A DNA stretch of 64,000 nt from Mobula hypostoma. Taxonomy: Eukaryota. Made by a program: the position numbers and the translations under genes. The stretch is taken from positions 37,698,001 through 37,762,000 of the forward strand of contig NC_086108.1 of NCBI RefSeq assembly GCF_963921235.1, written 5' to 3'. Under the pieces are notes generated by a model. The model was not told where the DNA came from. It worked only from the letters and a program-made list of their open reading frames with translations, and did not search any database. Positions 25,401 to 38,772 of the stretch are shown here, one piece after another. Positions within the stretch are counted from its first letter, which is position 1; each line of letters begins with the position of its first letter.

Positions 25401-27077
25401 GTCATGATTAACACCCCCCCCCGAACAGAATCGCCAAAAACGGTTTGTTGAAAAAATCGTACACGCATGCGTAGGTTACGCATGCGCACTGGTGCCCGTG
25501 CAAGGCATCATGGTCATTGTAGTCTTTTCGGGGTAAACCCAGCGTATTTGACTGCTACTCTTGTCCATTGGCAACTCCCCCGCCCCCCCACCCCCGGTCG
25601 GCCGGTCCGCAAGAATATTGTCAATATGAAACCAGTCTGCAGTGCAAAAAAGGTTGGGGACCCCTGATTTAGCCTGACCTCAGTGGTTGGGAAGATGTTG
25701 GAATCAATTGTTAAGGATGACGTTATGGAGTACTTGGTAACATAGGACAAGATAGGACAAAGTCAGCATGGTTCACTTCAGGGAAAATCTTGCCTGATGA
25801 ACCTGTTAGAAGTCTTTGAGGAGATTACAAGTGGAACAGATAAAGGGGATGTAGTGGATGTTGTAAATTTGGATTTCCAGAAGGCCCTTGACAAGTTGCC
25901 ATACATGAGGCTGCTTACCAAGTTAAGAGCCCATGGTGTTACAGGAAAGTTACTGGCATGGTTGGAGCATTGGCTGATTAGTAGAAGGCAGCCAGTGGGA
26001 ATAAAAGGATCCTTTTCTGGTTGGCTGTCAGTGACTAGTGGTGTTCCACAGGGGTTGGTGTTGGAACCGCTTCTTTTATGCTGTATATCAGTGAGTTAGA
26101 TGATGGAATAGATGGCTTTGTTGCCATGTTTGCAGATGATACGAAGACTGGTGGAGGGGCGTGTAGTTTTGAGGATACAGGAAGATTGCAAAAGGACTTA
26201 GACAGATTAAGAGAATGGGCAAGAAAATGGCAATTGATATACAATGTTGGAAAATGCATGGTAATGCACTTTGGCAGAAGAAATAAATGTGCAGACTATT
26301 TACTAAATAGGGAAAACATCCAAAAATCTGAGATGTAAAGAGACTTGGGAGTATTTGTGAAGAACACTCTAATGGTTAACTTGCAGGTTGAGTTGGTAGT
26401 GAGGAAAGCAAATGCAATTTTAGCATTCATTTCAAGAGGTCTAGGATATAAGAGTAGTGATGTGATGCTGAGGCTTTATAAGGCACTAGTAAGGCCTCAA
26501 CTTGAGTATTGTGAACAGTTTTGGGCTCCTTATCTGAGAAAAAATGTGCTGACATTGGAGTGAGTTTGGAGGGGGTTCAGAGAAGGTTCACAAGGACAAT
26601 TCTGGGTTATGAATGGGTTATCATATGAGGTACATTTGATGGTTCTGGGCCTTTACTCGCTGGAATTTAGAAGGATGAGGGGGGATCTCATTGAAACCTT
26701 TCAAATGTTGAAAGGCCTAGATAGAGTAGATGTGGAAAGGATGTTTCCCATAGTGGGGGAGTCTAGGACAAGAGGGCAGAGCCTCAGGATATAGTGGAGT
26801 CCATTTAAAACAGTGCTGCAGGGAAATTTCTTTAGCTATAGGGTGGTGAATTTGTGAAATTTGTTACCACAGGCAGCTGTGGAGGCCAGGTTGTTGGGTG
26901 TATTTAGAGCGGAGATTGATAGGTTCTTGATTGGCCACGGCATCAAAGGTGAAGGGAAGAAGGCCGGGGAGTGGGGCTGAGGAGGGAAAAAGTAGGATCA
27001 GCCATGATTGAATGGCAGAGCAGACTTGATGGGCCAAATGGCCTTATTCTGCTCCTACGTTTTATGGTCTTATGGTT
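22480..27077 (+). mobile_element. Long decayed CR1 LINE (ORF1 esterase end, APE, RT, 3' tail), interrupted by a hAT element
   Basis: QPDVLVHISTNDVG (esterase), RGGGMALLVK and VMGDFN (APE), LDFQKALDK, SGVPQG, FADDTK (RT); tail ttatggtcttatggt. Confidence 0.93.
24475..25666 (+). mobile_element. Non-autonomous Charlie/Buster-like hAT transposon, copy 1
   Basis: TIRs CAGCGGTCCCCAACC / GGTTGGGGACCCCTG; TSD ACTTAGCC/ATTTAGCC; hAT dimerisation-domain remnant FWIKVKAEYPEIATNALKTLLPFPTYLC. Confidence 0.93.
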
Positions 27078-28726
27078 TAAGAAGGGAGGCAAAGTAAGGA
27101 ACTGAAGAAGAGGAAATTGGGAAAGGGAGTAGCTACTGCTGTTTATGAAATTTCTGACTCTCACACTGCCTTGGTGGTTTAAGTCCATCCTCTTCCAAAA
27201 TGTTTTTGATAACTATGTTGAAATGGCACATATGACTGACAATGCAAGAAATATAGTTGCAAAGTGCATTGTTTTATTTAATAATAGCAAGGGATATTGA
27301 TTATCTTACTTCAGTGGTCTATCCAGCCTATATAGTCCATTAAGCAAGGTTATAAATATTGAATGATCAGGCTTTACTGTACAAACAAACACAAATTTCA
27401 AATGTTGGCACCAGCATGCTTGATAAATGTGCATCAAATCAATTTTATGCTGATTGAATTGTTACCTTTATTGCTCTTCATTAATATCAACAAGTTCTGT
27501 AATTTGCAGTTTACGATTTTATGTTGTTGACTTAAATAACCTCAAACTGAGCTTGGCAGCAGGACACAAATAAAGGAGACAAAACCAGTTCCAGAAAATT
27601 GTGCACAAATAAAATCAGCAGCTAAATCTGAAAGCTGTCTATGTGTTTAACTGGGTACACTTTCTGAATTGTGTGTACATTACACAGCTAAGAAATGGCA
27701 ATAAACCAACATAGACTTGCACCGTTTTTTCATATTACACTCAGGCAGAAAAAGATAAAATGGAAATACAAAGACTATTTACTTGATATGGATCCAGGTT
27801 TGAATCAGACCTGCATGCAATCCACTTCAATAAAAAACACAATATTTTCTGAACTTTCTGTGTTTATATTATTTCAGGTTGATGGCTGATTAGGAGGTGA
27901 ACTCATGGTTAGAATAATGACAAACTTGCACCAGAGGGAACCCAAGCATTGCAGCAACTCTGACAGACCTTTCCTGCTGACTACTACCATTGACCCTGAC
28001 ACACTGTATTTCTGTGCCTTGTTTGACATAAGCAGAAAAGATAAGTGATTTACATGACTGATACCACCTGTGCATCATGGAATAAGCCACGCTATGCAGA
28101 AAGGTCACTTTGGTTATCATGGGCTATCATGGCCTATAAAGGAGATGGTGCTTCATTTTATGAGGTGCTGCTTGAGTCCTTGCTTTCTTACAGAAGTAAA
28201 CCATCTCTAAATAATTGCAGAAATCTAGAGACACTGAGAACAGTCAGCTGTGAGTAACTACAACACCTACTCTCCACTTTTAGCTTTATATTCCTAACCA
28301 TCATCTCATTTTTGTGACTAAAAATTCTCAAGCCTTGCTTAATGCCAAGTTAATGCCAGTTAACTAATCCCTTTTCTGCTGCCAAAGTGGCTATAAAAAA
28401 TAATAAATTGTTATATACAGGTAGGCTTGGAGTAACATTTAAGCAGAACTGATTATATATTTTCTCTGCTACTTCTGCCTGAATGTTTCGAATATCTAAT
28501 TTCAGTGGTAAACAAAATTGATGGAATGATTCACCTTTCTAATACAGATCAAAGGAAGTGCTCCTGCTTCAGACAAAAATAGATTCAAATTGTAAATATT
28601 AATGGAAATAAAATTCAGTGGTTTGCATATATAAACCAGTGTAGGAGACTTCTTGCGCATTTTCAACTTGAGTCAACAGATAATTTCAATTAACAGCAAA
28701 CCACATAAATTAGCGGATGCCCATAC

Positions 28727-28855
28727 CTCTGATGTTGTGAGCTTTTGTGATTCTGTTCGATAAATACCAATGGGAATGTCTCCTGACGAGGAGCAAAGCT
28801 TCTGGTAAAGCCGGCCATACGTCCTGATCCACAGATCATCTTCTGTGATTTTCAT
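28727..28855 (-). CDS. KCNT2: KCNT2 internal coding exon, 129 nt, phase 0/0: [43 protein letters not shown]
   Basis: First 43 codons of ORF 28673..28855. Acceptor gcacatag, donor gtatgg. RLYQK and ESQKLTTSE are KCNT2-diagnostic (KCNT1: RLFQK, ESHVFSTSE). Confidence 0.96.
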
Positions 28856-29994
28856 CTATGTGCAAAGAGACAAGACTGCTCAGAAATCATGATTTTGTCA
28901 TTTGTCTGCAAACTTCTATGCACATGTCCAAATGCATTGTTTTCCTGAGTCTATTTGGGCACAACAATGGCTTGAGTAGAATCAAAACAAGGGTAAAGGT
29001 AGAGTAATAATTCATGATCACAAAGCTTTTTAATTGCTTTGAACTTTGATTTAGTGATGTCTTTTACTTATGCATCATCATAAGCCTTCTCTCTTTGGAG
29101 AATACAATGAAAAATAAAAATAACACCCCAGACATCCTTTCATGATTGATGTATACATATTTGAATGTGTTCTCAACACTACTGGTGAATTCAACTATTT
29201 TAATGCAACTTGGGGTTAGTGGCATTACTTGGTTGTATAACTGAAAAGCACACAATGTGAGGATGCACAATACAATTTCAACTTTATCATTCTCTCCGAT
29301 CGAACTTCTGACTGTCATGCAGTGCAGACACATAGAAGCTTTAGTATTGCTTCATCACAGTGATACAACTTTAGGCCTGAGTTTCTCTTGTTTCTAGGAA
29401 GTCAAAATTTTGCAGTTCAAAAATAGAGATAGATAAATGTGTCATTTACTGCAATTCATATGTCCCAGACAAAAGATGAATAACAGACAGACTGACAGAC
29501 CATCAACCAACTAACTATGGCAGTGTAGCTGTTAACTGAAAAGAGAACAGATATCTCATGTCATCTCCATCAGCAGCTAGAGTGCATGAGCACATTAGTT
29601 TAGCTACAATGATTTGACTGTTAAAGCTGTTCACCTATGCATATTAAGTTTTTCCTCTGATAGTAGATGCTCTTTTAACAAATTTGTTTCTGCTTTTTAT
29701 ATTTGTACTGTAATAAAGTAAGATGGTTCAACTGGGTTTCCAGTGAATAAATTTTTGTTGTCATCAAAATGGGAACTTTACTCTTCAGTTCTAGGGGAGC
29801 CAGAAGACATCTTGTCCAACCACAGATGAGAAGTGCTCAACTGCATAAACAAGTGATTCTTGTTAGAATCAATGATAAACCCCGTCAATTGCACACGGTG
29901 TACTGAAGTATTAGTGTGATTCCACAAGGTAACCATGTTTATAGGGAATATGCTGATAAAATATGCATCTCCTGAACTTTCAGTCTGGAATAAA

Positions 29995-31160
29995 ACATAG
30001 AACATAACAGCATGGCATGTGATGGCCTTTTAACCTACTCCACATTCAATCTAACCCTTCTATCTTATTTATTCCATAACCCTCTATTTTTTTTTTATCC
30101 ATATGCCTGTCTTAAATGTTCCTTAAACGTTTAAGTCTCTTAAATGTTCCCTTCGCGTCAGCCTCTACACCACCTACAGCACTGCATTCCAGGCACTTAC
30201 AACTCTGTAAAAACACATGGCTCAGACATCTCCCTAAACTTTCCTCCATTCACCTTAAAGGATGTCTTCTAGTATTAGCTGTTACCACTCTGGGAAAAAG
30301 GCACTGGCTATCCACTCCAGCTATGCCTCTTATAATCTTACACCCTTCTATCAATTTGCCTCTCATCCTCCTTCACTCCAAAGAGAAAAGCCTTAGCTCA
30401 CTCAACTTTTCCTCAAAAGATATATTTTCTAAACTAGGCAGTATCCTATTAAATCTCCACTGCACTTTCCCTAAAACTCCCAATGCTGATAATGAGGTGA
30501 GCAGAACTGAACACAACACACCAAGTGTGGTCAAACCAGAGTTTTATAGAACTGCAATGTTATCTCGTGGCTCTTGAATTCAATCCCCCAACTAATAAAG
30601 GCTAACACACTATATGCCTTTTTATCATTCCATCAACTTGTGCAACAACACCTGCCACTTTTTTGCCAACCCTGCATCTTGTCTATATCCTGTTATAACC
30701 TACCACATTATCCACAACTCCACCAACTTTGCGTTATTTGCAAACTGTTTAATCCACTTTTCTACTTCCTCATCCATGTCAGTTATAAAAATTGCAAAGA
30801 GCAGGATTCCCAGAACAGATTACTGCACATCATTGGTCATGGACCTGCAGGCAGAGTATCTTCCATCTATCACTACCCTTTGCCCTCTATGGGCAAGCAA
30901 ATGCCAAATCCATACAGCCACATTTCCATGGATCTCATGGCCTTATGACTTTCTGAATGAGTGTACCATGGGGAACCTTATCAAACATCTTGGAGTTTTC
31001 CTGAATCCTACTTGCCAAGGCTTTCTCATGTACCCTTCTAGTTGTCCCAAGTTGCTACTTAAGTTGCTTGCTTCTTACCTTATAACATTCAAAAGCCCTG
31101 TCTGATTTTTGCATCCTTCCTAAACCTTCAGTATGTTTCCTTCTTCCTCTTGATGAATTG
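29995..31160 (-). mobile_element. Decayed CR1 LINE fragments
   Basis: Colinear similarity to 38773-39900 and 40550-40720; (AACATAG)n tail at ~29995. Confidence 0.8.
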
Positions 31161-33490
31161 CCAGATGTTCCCCATTGAAAATAGATTGATTATTCTTAGG
31201 TTACCAGAAGTATTCTTCCTTCTGTGACTTCTGCAAAAGTCTAAGATTATATTCTGGCAACACTCCAATAAATCACCCTTTAGACAGTACCCATTCCAAG
31301 GAGGTGCATTTTCTATGTTGAGCAGTGATAAAATGCTTCTTCATCATTTTTTTTTTCATTTTACTTTCTCTAATAGCTCGACCTTTACCATAAACAAACA
31401 ACACCTCCATTTGCAAAGGGAAGTGTACATCGATATTTCAAGTTCAAGCCAAACTTGCTTCCTCTATCAGAAGACTTAGCTGAGTTGCTGATCAGATGTG
31501 TTGATGACTGAATCTCCAGTGCATTCTGGACTTCCACACTGCAATGCACAAGCTTGGAAGTAGGCCACACATTGACTGAGTCAATGCTGTTTGCCTGCAG
31601 TTCTCTCCAGAATGCTGATTGGACAGAAGCATGGTCAGAAATATTTTCTTCCTCTATATAACAATAAATTTTGTATTGCTCTCTGAAGAGTAAGCAGAGG
31701 TGATATGCTCTGCATGATTAGGAAGTAGCTCAATAGGGAAGAAACAAAGACTCAGTGATTTCTGCTGCACAATTTCTCTTTCTCCTTGTTGGTTGCAACC
31801 AGGCACGACCTCAAAGGGGTCTCTGGCATCCAGCATCAGTGATTTCATCTGGTAAGCTGCAAAGCTGATCACATCAAAGAATTTCACTGACAGCAAACTA
31901 CAAGGTAAAAAACAACAATTTTTATCTATTTTATAGAACACAAAATAAATATTGGAACATGTACCTGAGGTTAAGGTAGGTGTTGAAATGTCATAAGCAA
32001 AATTTAAAATGTCAACAAAATGTTCCTATTTCCCTATATTTTCCCAGTCATGAAGAACTCTTAGAAAGGGTTGGTCTACTCCCTATGGAGCAGACATACC
32101 ACATTTATTTACACAGTTATGTATTCCAGAAGATGAAATCAGATTTATTTCAATATAATGATAAACACTGATTTGCAATTATTTCTCACTGCAAATCCCT
32201 CGCCAATGAACTCGCCAAGGTAATTGTAAGTTAACAGTCCATTGAGGGACACGTCACAAGCATTGAGTATTGATTTGTAACATTGCTGCTCTAGTCTCCC
32301 TTATATCTCATGAGCAACAAGTGGTCTGTTACATTTGATTTTTGTCATTTCATTATGATTGTAAGAGTCTTAAAGGAATTTTTAAAAAATGAGATATTTG
32401 CTAATGGAACACTGAAATGGAGCTAAAATCCTCTGCATGAATAGTAGTTATACTGTCAATATATCTGATTAATAACAAATAAATTCTTTAATCTATATCT
32501 TAATTGACATTGAGGTACAGACAGATAAGTACAATACAGAAGGATTTGCAGTCAAAATAGGATGAGCCATTGCTACTTACGCAGTGCACTTCACCATACA
32601 TCTCATCAAGAGAAGTAAGCATAAGGAAATAACTAAACAAAGCCATTAACCATCACCTATATTTGGAGAAAGAAGCAGAATTATTTAAATATAATTCTGA
32701 AAACAAGTGGATTGCCCACCTGCACCAGATAATTTTCCAGTTTGATGCAGATCTGGTCTCCCAGCTAGAGGAAGAATCTCATTAAGATTGAAACGGTGCA
32801 CAGGAGATTCAGAAGGACGGCACATTGATTGGAAGGGTTTAGTTATAAGGACAGGCTGGAGAGACTAGGGCTTTTTTTCCCCCCATAGGAGGCAGAGGGG
32901 TAACATAGAGGTGTATGAAATCATTAAGGGCATTAATATGGTGAATGGTCACAGGCTTTTTGCCAGAGTATGGATTTCTGGTAAGATGGCAGCACATTTG
33001 GTCACAGCATCTTCTACAGGGTCAACCAGAGATATTATTGTTGGTTTTTAACCTATCTTTGACAATTGCAACATTCTGCTGGACATTAAGCAATTGAAGT
33101 ACAGCAGTCTACCCTATCAGCAAGTTGCTCATTGACAGGGAAACTGAAAGAGCTGGACTTGGTGCAGATTATGCAGCTACCTGTGTCAGAGAGGTGTCAG
33201 TGCATGAAGGAGGTGAGCAGTCTAACAAAGAGTAATCATATAGTCACCTTTCTTGTGATTAAAAGACCCTGGTGGACATTGTTAATGTGGAATGCTTCAG
33301 GTCAACTCACTGTTGGTGGTAATAGTGAGAACTAGACCTCAAGCTAGAGTATAGCCCGTTTGCAGCCACCCAGGAGAGACGCGTCGGAGTTAGTGCGCTC
33401 CACCAGAGGCATTGTGGCGTGGCATCCACTCTAGAGTTAGTCCTGTCCCTGGTGTTTAATTCTATTGGACTGAGGTCAGAAAATGATATC

Positions 33491-34681
<1,191 letters not shown>

Positions 34682-34983
34682 TATGCTGTAAGTGCATAGG
34701 GCTCCCTAAAGTAGCTGTTGGGAAGTGATAGAGTATTAGTTATGATAATTTAGTTTGTGATTAAAGCAGTGGCTCTGGTATAGTGATGAGATGGGAGTTG
34801 GGGTGAATGCCAGAACCAGAAACATCCATTAACAGGCCCAGAACATTTTCTTTGACAGACCTGCAATACACCTGGAACTGAAAGAGCCTACTCTGCTTTG
34901 GATAGAGCACAAGGATAAAAAGGAAGGACTGTCAAAATAAGAATCTTGCTGGAATTTTCAAATTGTTTCCACTAACTAGCATA

Positions 34984-35394
34984 CAGTACTGTGCCTTAGG
35001 CACCTGAGGTTTTTTTAAATGGTTTCAAATAGTATGGCCTCCTCAGAGTCCTAATCTCAGCAACATTGAGGCTGTCTGGGTTTATCTGGAGAGACAAAGC
35101 AAGTGAGACAGCCAAAGTCTGGAGAAGAACTGTCGCAAGTTCTTCTATATGCTTGGAACAACCCATCAGCCAGTTTTCTGATAAAAATGAACAATGGTGT
35201 ACCAAAGAAAATTGATGCTGTTTTAAAGGCAAAGGGTGGTGACACCATATATTGATTTGATTTAGTTTTTTTTACTGTTTACTGCTCTTTATAGTAATTT
35301 TTTTGATATTTAGAAACTTTAATTTCCTTATTTTTCAAAGCATCTTTGCTTTACAGAATTTTTTTACATCTACCTAAGACTTTTGCACAGTCTG
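34984..35394 (+). mobile_element. Non-autonomous Tc1 derivative of a different family
   Basis: TA-flanked CAGTACTGTG..CTTAGG / CCTAAGACTTTTGCACAGTCTG ends; C-terminal remnant WPPQSPNLSNIEAVW...IDAVLKAKGGDTIY*. Confidence 0.85.
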
Positions 35395-36657
35395 TACAAG
35401 AGCCATTAAAAACTAACAACCAAGCTAAATATAATAATTTTTAGTGTATGTTCTCTGTTATAAGTCTTCCCATTATTCAGAGCTCCTTGATTTACAAGTT
35501 ACAGAATAAAGCTTGCTCTGATCTACCAATAAAAATCAGAATTTCTTTAGCTCTGCAATACACAATGTTCTAACCTCTATGCAAATTTGGATTCTGAGTC
35601 ACTTTAAACACACAGCATAGAATCAGGTTTCCTTTTGTTCTCGTGTGTTATCAAGTTACCTCAATACTGAATTGTGTTTAAAAATGTTTTCCGTACTGAT
35701 TTGTAGGTAGAAAAGATAATCTTCTATTTCTCAATTGTCTTTTTTAATATAAACAATCATACCAGGCCATGTGATGACCAGGGCACATTGTACGAGCTAA
35801 AATAATTTAGGAAAAAAATGAAATATTATGAGACAAGAGAAAGCTATTTTCCAATTTAATGTTCAATCATAGTAGACAATAGATGTCTTGAACAAGAATA
35901 CTGGATGAAAATATTGTCAAAATTAGTCATTACTACAATAATAGTAGCATTCACCCAATGTCACTATTGAATTTTAGTCATAACTATGATTACAAACTAC
36001 ATGGCAGCAGTTTTATCTTAAAATAACAAGCCCCAAACTAATCATTTTTCACAATTTTGCCTGATTTTGTTCCCCTCTTCTCCATACTACACTTTAAATT
36101 TGAGACTCAATGTGGAGCAAACTCCATAGGTCTTTAATTCAAGATAATCACCTGATTTAAATTTGCTGAATGAATTAATGTCACCTACAGATTACTGACA
36201 ACAAATTATACTCCACACATAAAGTCAAGTTTTCTAGAGGACTAGCAGAAAGGATTGACGAGGTTATTGATATGCATGTGCTACATGATAAACTTGTCAG
36301 CAGAATCTAATGCAAGGAGCTAACAAGGTTGTAGCAGTGTGCAAAAGAAAAAACAAAAAGCAATAACTAGGCTGAAAGATCTGTTTATAAGATTGGAGAA
36401 ATGTCTCCTGCAGACAGCATTAGACCCAGTCTTTTATGGGAGAAGATGAGCTGACTCAGGGTTTTGCATAACTAAGTGATTGAAGATTGTAGAATGAGAC
36501 ATTTAAATATACAGTACCACAATCATTGAGTTTGTAAATGGAGACTAAAAACAGTGCACTTATTGCTGGTTTTATAATCCATAGGATAGATCTCATTTGG
36601 GCCAAAGATATTTACCAGAATAAGAGTAATGAAAGGTGAGGTTTTCCTTCTTGTTAA

Positions 36658-37817
36658 TGTAACCCAGGTTAATTAAACCCAAAATTGTAATGTTAGAAAG
36701 TTCTACCTGTGGATGGATAAAAATGAGGTTTACTGATTTAAAAAGAAATCTGAAAAAAAACACTATGCGAGGGAGGGGCGGGCCGGACACAGGAAGGACA
36801 AGGAGAGAAATGCAGCATCAATTAGAAGCTGAAGACATAAACTGTTAAGAGTGGAATTGGTAGTGAGTATCTTTACTCGATTAACATGAAACCCCTGGAG
36901 GAGAGACAATAGCGATAAAAAATTTATTGAAGCTACAGCTATAACGAGACAATATCCGGAAAGACGAGTGTCCAAAATCCCTACCGTGTAGTTGAGATTA
37001 ATTCTGTAAAATCATACCAAGGCATTTGGTCAAGTTTTGTAAAAGTCTGTAAATTGACATGCTGTGGAAGATCCATCGAACCAAGGTGGCGAGCCACCCA
37101 GATGAAGAACCAGCATGGGAACAAAATGTGTAATAACGCAGTGGATTTAATAAGTTTGGTTGGATGTATGGTTATCTTCATTTGAAGAATCCGAATTTGA
37201 TTTTCTGCGAGAACTGATTACTTTTGCAAAGACTTTGATAAGTTACTGAATGATTTACTTGGTTTAAGTGTTGTGATGTTGGAGAATTGTCGTGAAAGGA
37301 ATTAAACTGTGTATATATAATTTTTTGAATTTGAATTTGAACTTATAGATACACTGCCTGGAACTGAAACTGAAGTTAACACTAATACTTGAGAAAAGGA
37401 AATATATATGATTTCCTAACTAATTATGGATAAGTAACAAGGAAAGTTTAGTCGTAAACTTTTAAATAGGGAATAACACCAGATCTAATTAGTTAGAGAA
37501 ATTGGAGTAACAAAGGTTATTCTAATGAATATCACTGATTCTAACTAAACAGAAATTTGGCTTTTGTTGATATCTAAGATTTGAAACCTAAATAGAATAT
37601 TTGAATTTTGAATTGTTCTTGCTCATGTAAATATTTTGTACATTTTTTTTCTTATAAACAAAACCTTATTTCCAGAAGTGTGCAGTTTCTATTCACTGTC
37701 TCCTTCAGATACCTGGATTCTTCTGATGGCGTATTAGCACCTAGTGTAATTTGATTTTCTCTAAAGAGTGAGACAACTCATCACACACGATAAGACTGGT
37801 GCTACACAGGTGTTACA
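36658..37817. mobile_element. Probable solo LTR (~1.16 kb)
   Basis: TGTAAC...GTTACA termini, imperfect 4-bp TSD TTAA/TTAC, CpG-richer than the flanks, GC box GGGGCGGGGC near 36775. Confidence 0.5.
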
Positions 37818-38139
37818 TTACGATTTGACCAAAGTGTGGAAGAATAACAGATTAAAAGTTATTATATAAAATAAACATTAAAAGCAATATGTTACCCCTG
37901 TACATGGTCTACAATCATTTTAAATGGTCTTGGGACCAAAGTCAAAAATAGGAAACATGAGGCCATGGTCTTTGACTACTGGCGCGACTGAGCCTCTGTT
38001 GCCTGAGGTCTAGCTACCTAAAAGTGCAGGTCTTCCATTCAGAGAATCAGTACATGCTGCAAAGTTGGCTGGAGCTAGATCCAACAAAAATTGGTGCTCC
38101 TTCTTAATGACTACCAAGAACCTAATCATCAAGTGCAAA

Positions 38140-38343
38140 CAACAGGAATTCTGCAGATGCTGGAAATTCAAGCAACACACATCAAAGTTGCTGGTGAACA
38201 CAGCAGGCCAGGCAGCATCTCTAGGAAGAGGTACAGTCGAAGTTTCAGGTCGAGACCCTTCGAAGGGTCTCGGCCTGAAACGTCGACTGTACCTCTTCCA
38301 AGAGATGCTGCCTGGCCTGCTGCGTTCACCAGCAACTTTGATG
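38140..38343. mobile_element. Young PLE fold-back insertion (near-perfect palindrome)
   Basis: 83-bp arms 38179-38261 and 38262-38344 with 4 mismatches and no spacer; 14-bp TSD TCATCAAGTGCAAA (38126-38139, 38344-38357). Confidence 0.93.
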
Positions 38344-38772
38344 TCATCAAGTGCAAAGTGCTTTTGGTTTTATTGTACAGTATGTAACAGAGGTGTTGCC
38401 CATACCTCACTCCTGCATCGTGACAATCACCAACAGCATCTTTGGCTTCTTTCAGTGGTCCAAGTTGTATGATGGGCTTTAATTCACATGTTTCCAGGAA
38501 AGACTTACAGTCATATTGCCCTAATGGCCACATTGTGTGCAGCTTTAAAAAACTGTGTGTAGAGTTGAAATATGCAATCACAAAGAGTCACTACTTGCTG
38601 AGGTCCTACCTATTCCTAGTGCTGCAAAGATAGGCCTGGCCTCATTGCTGTATAGTGTTCCATTGAGTTGGATCTTGCCACACTACCTACCTTTAGCTGA
38701 AATGTTCCTTCATGTAAACACCTTTTCTCATCAAAACAAGTCCATCAGTCTTTCATCAGCATAGAACGTTTT

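Noticed and set aside
28673..28726. ORF extension [17 protein letters not shown] as coding
   Set aside because: Lies beyond the GT donor at 28726 and has no KCNT similarity; intronic read-through.
38010..38581. Mirror-image ORFs on both strands
   Set aside because: A consequence of the PLE palindrome, not genes.
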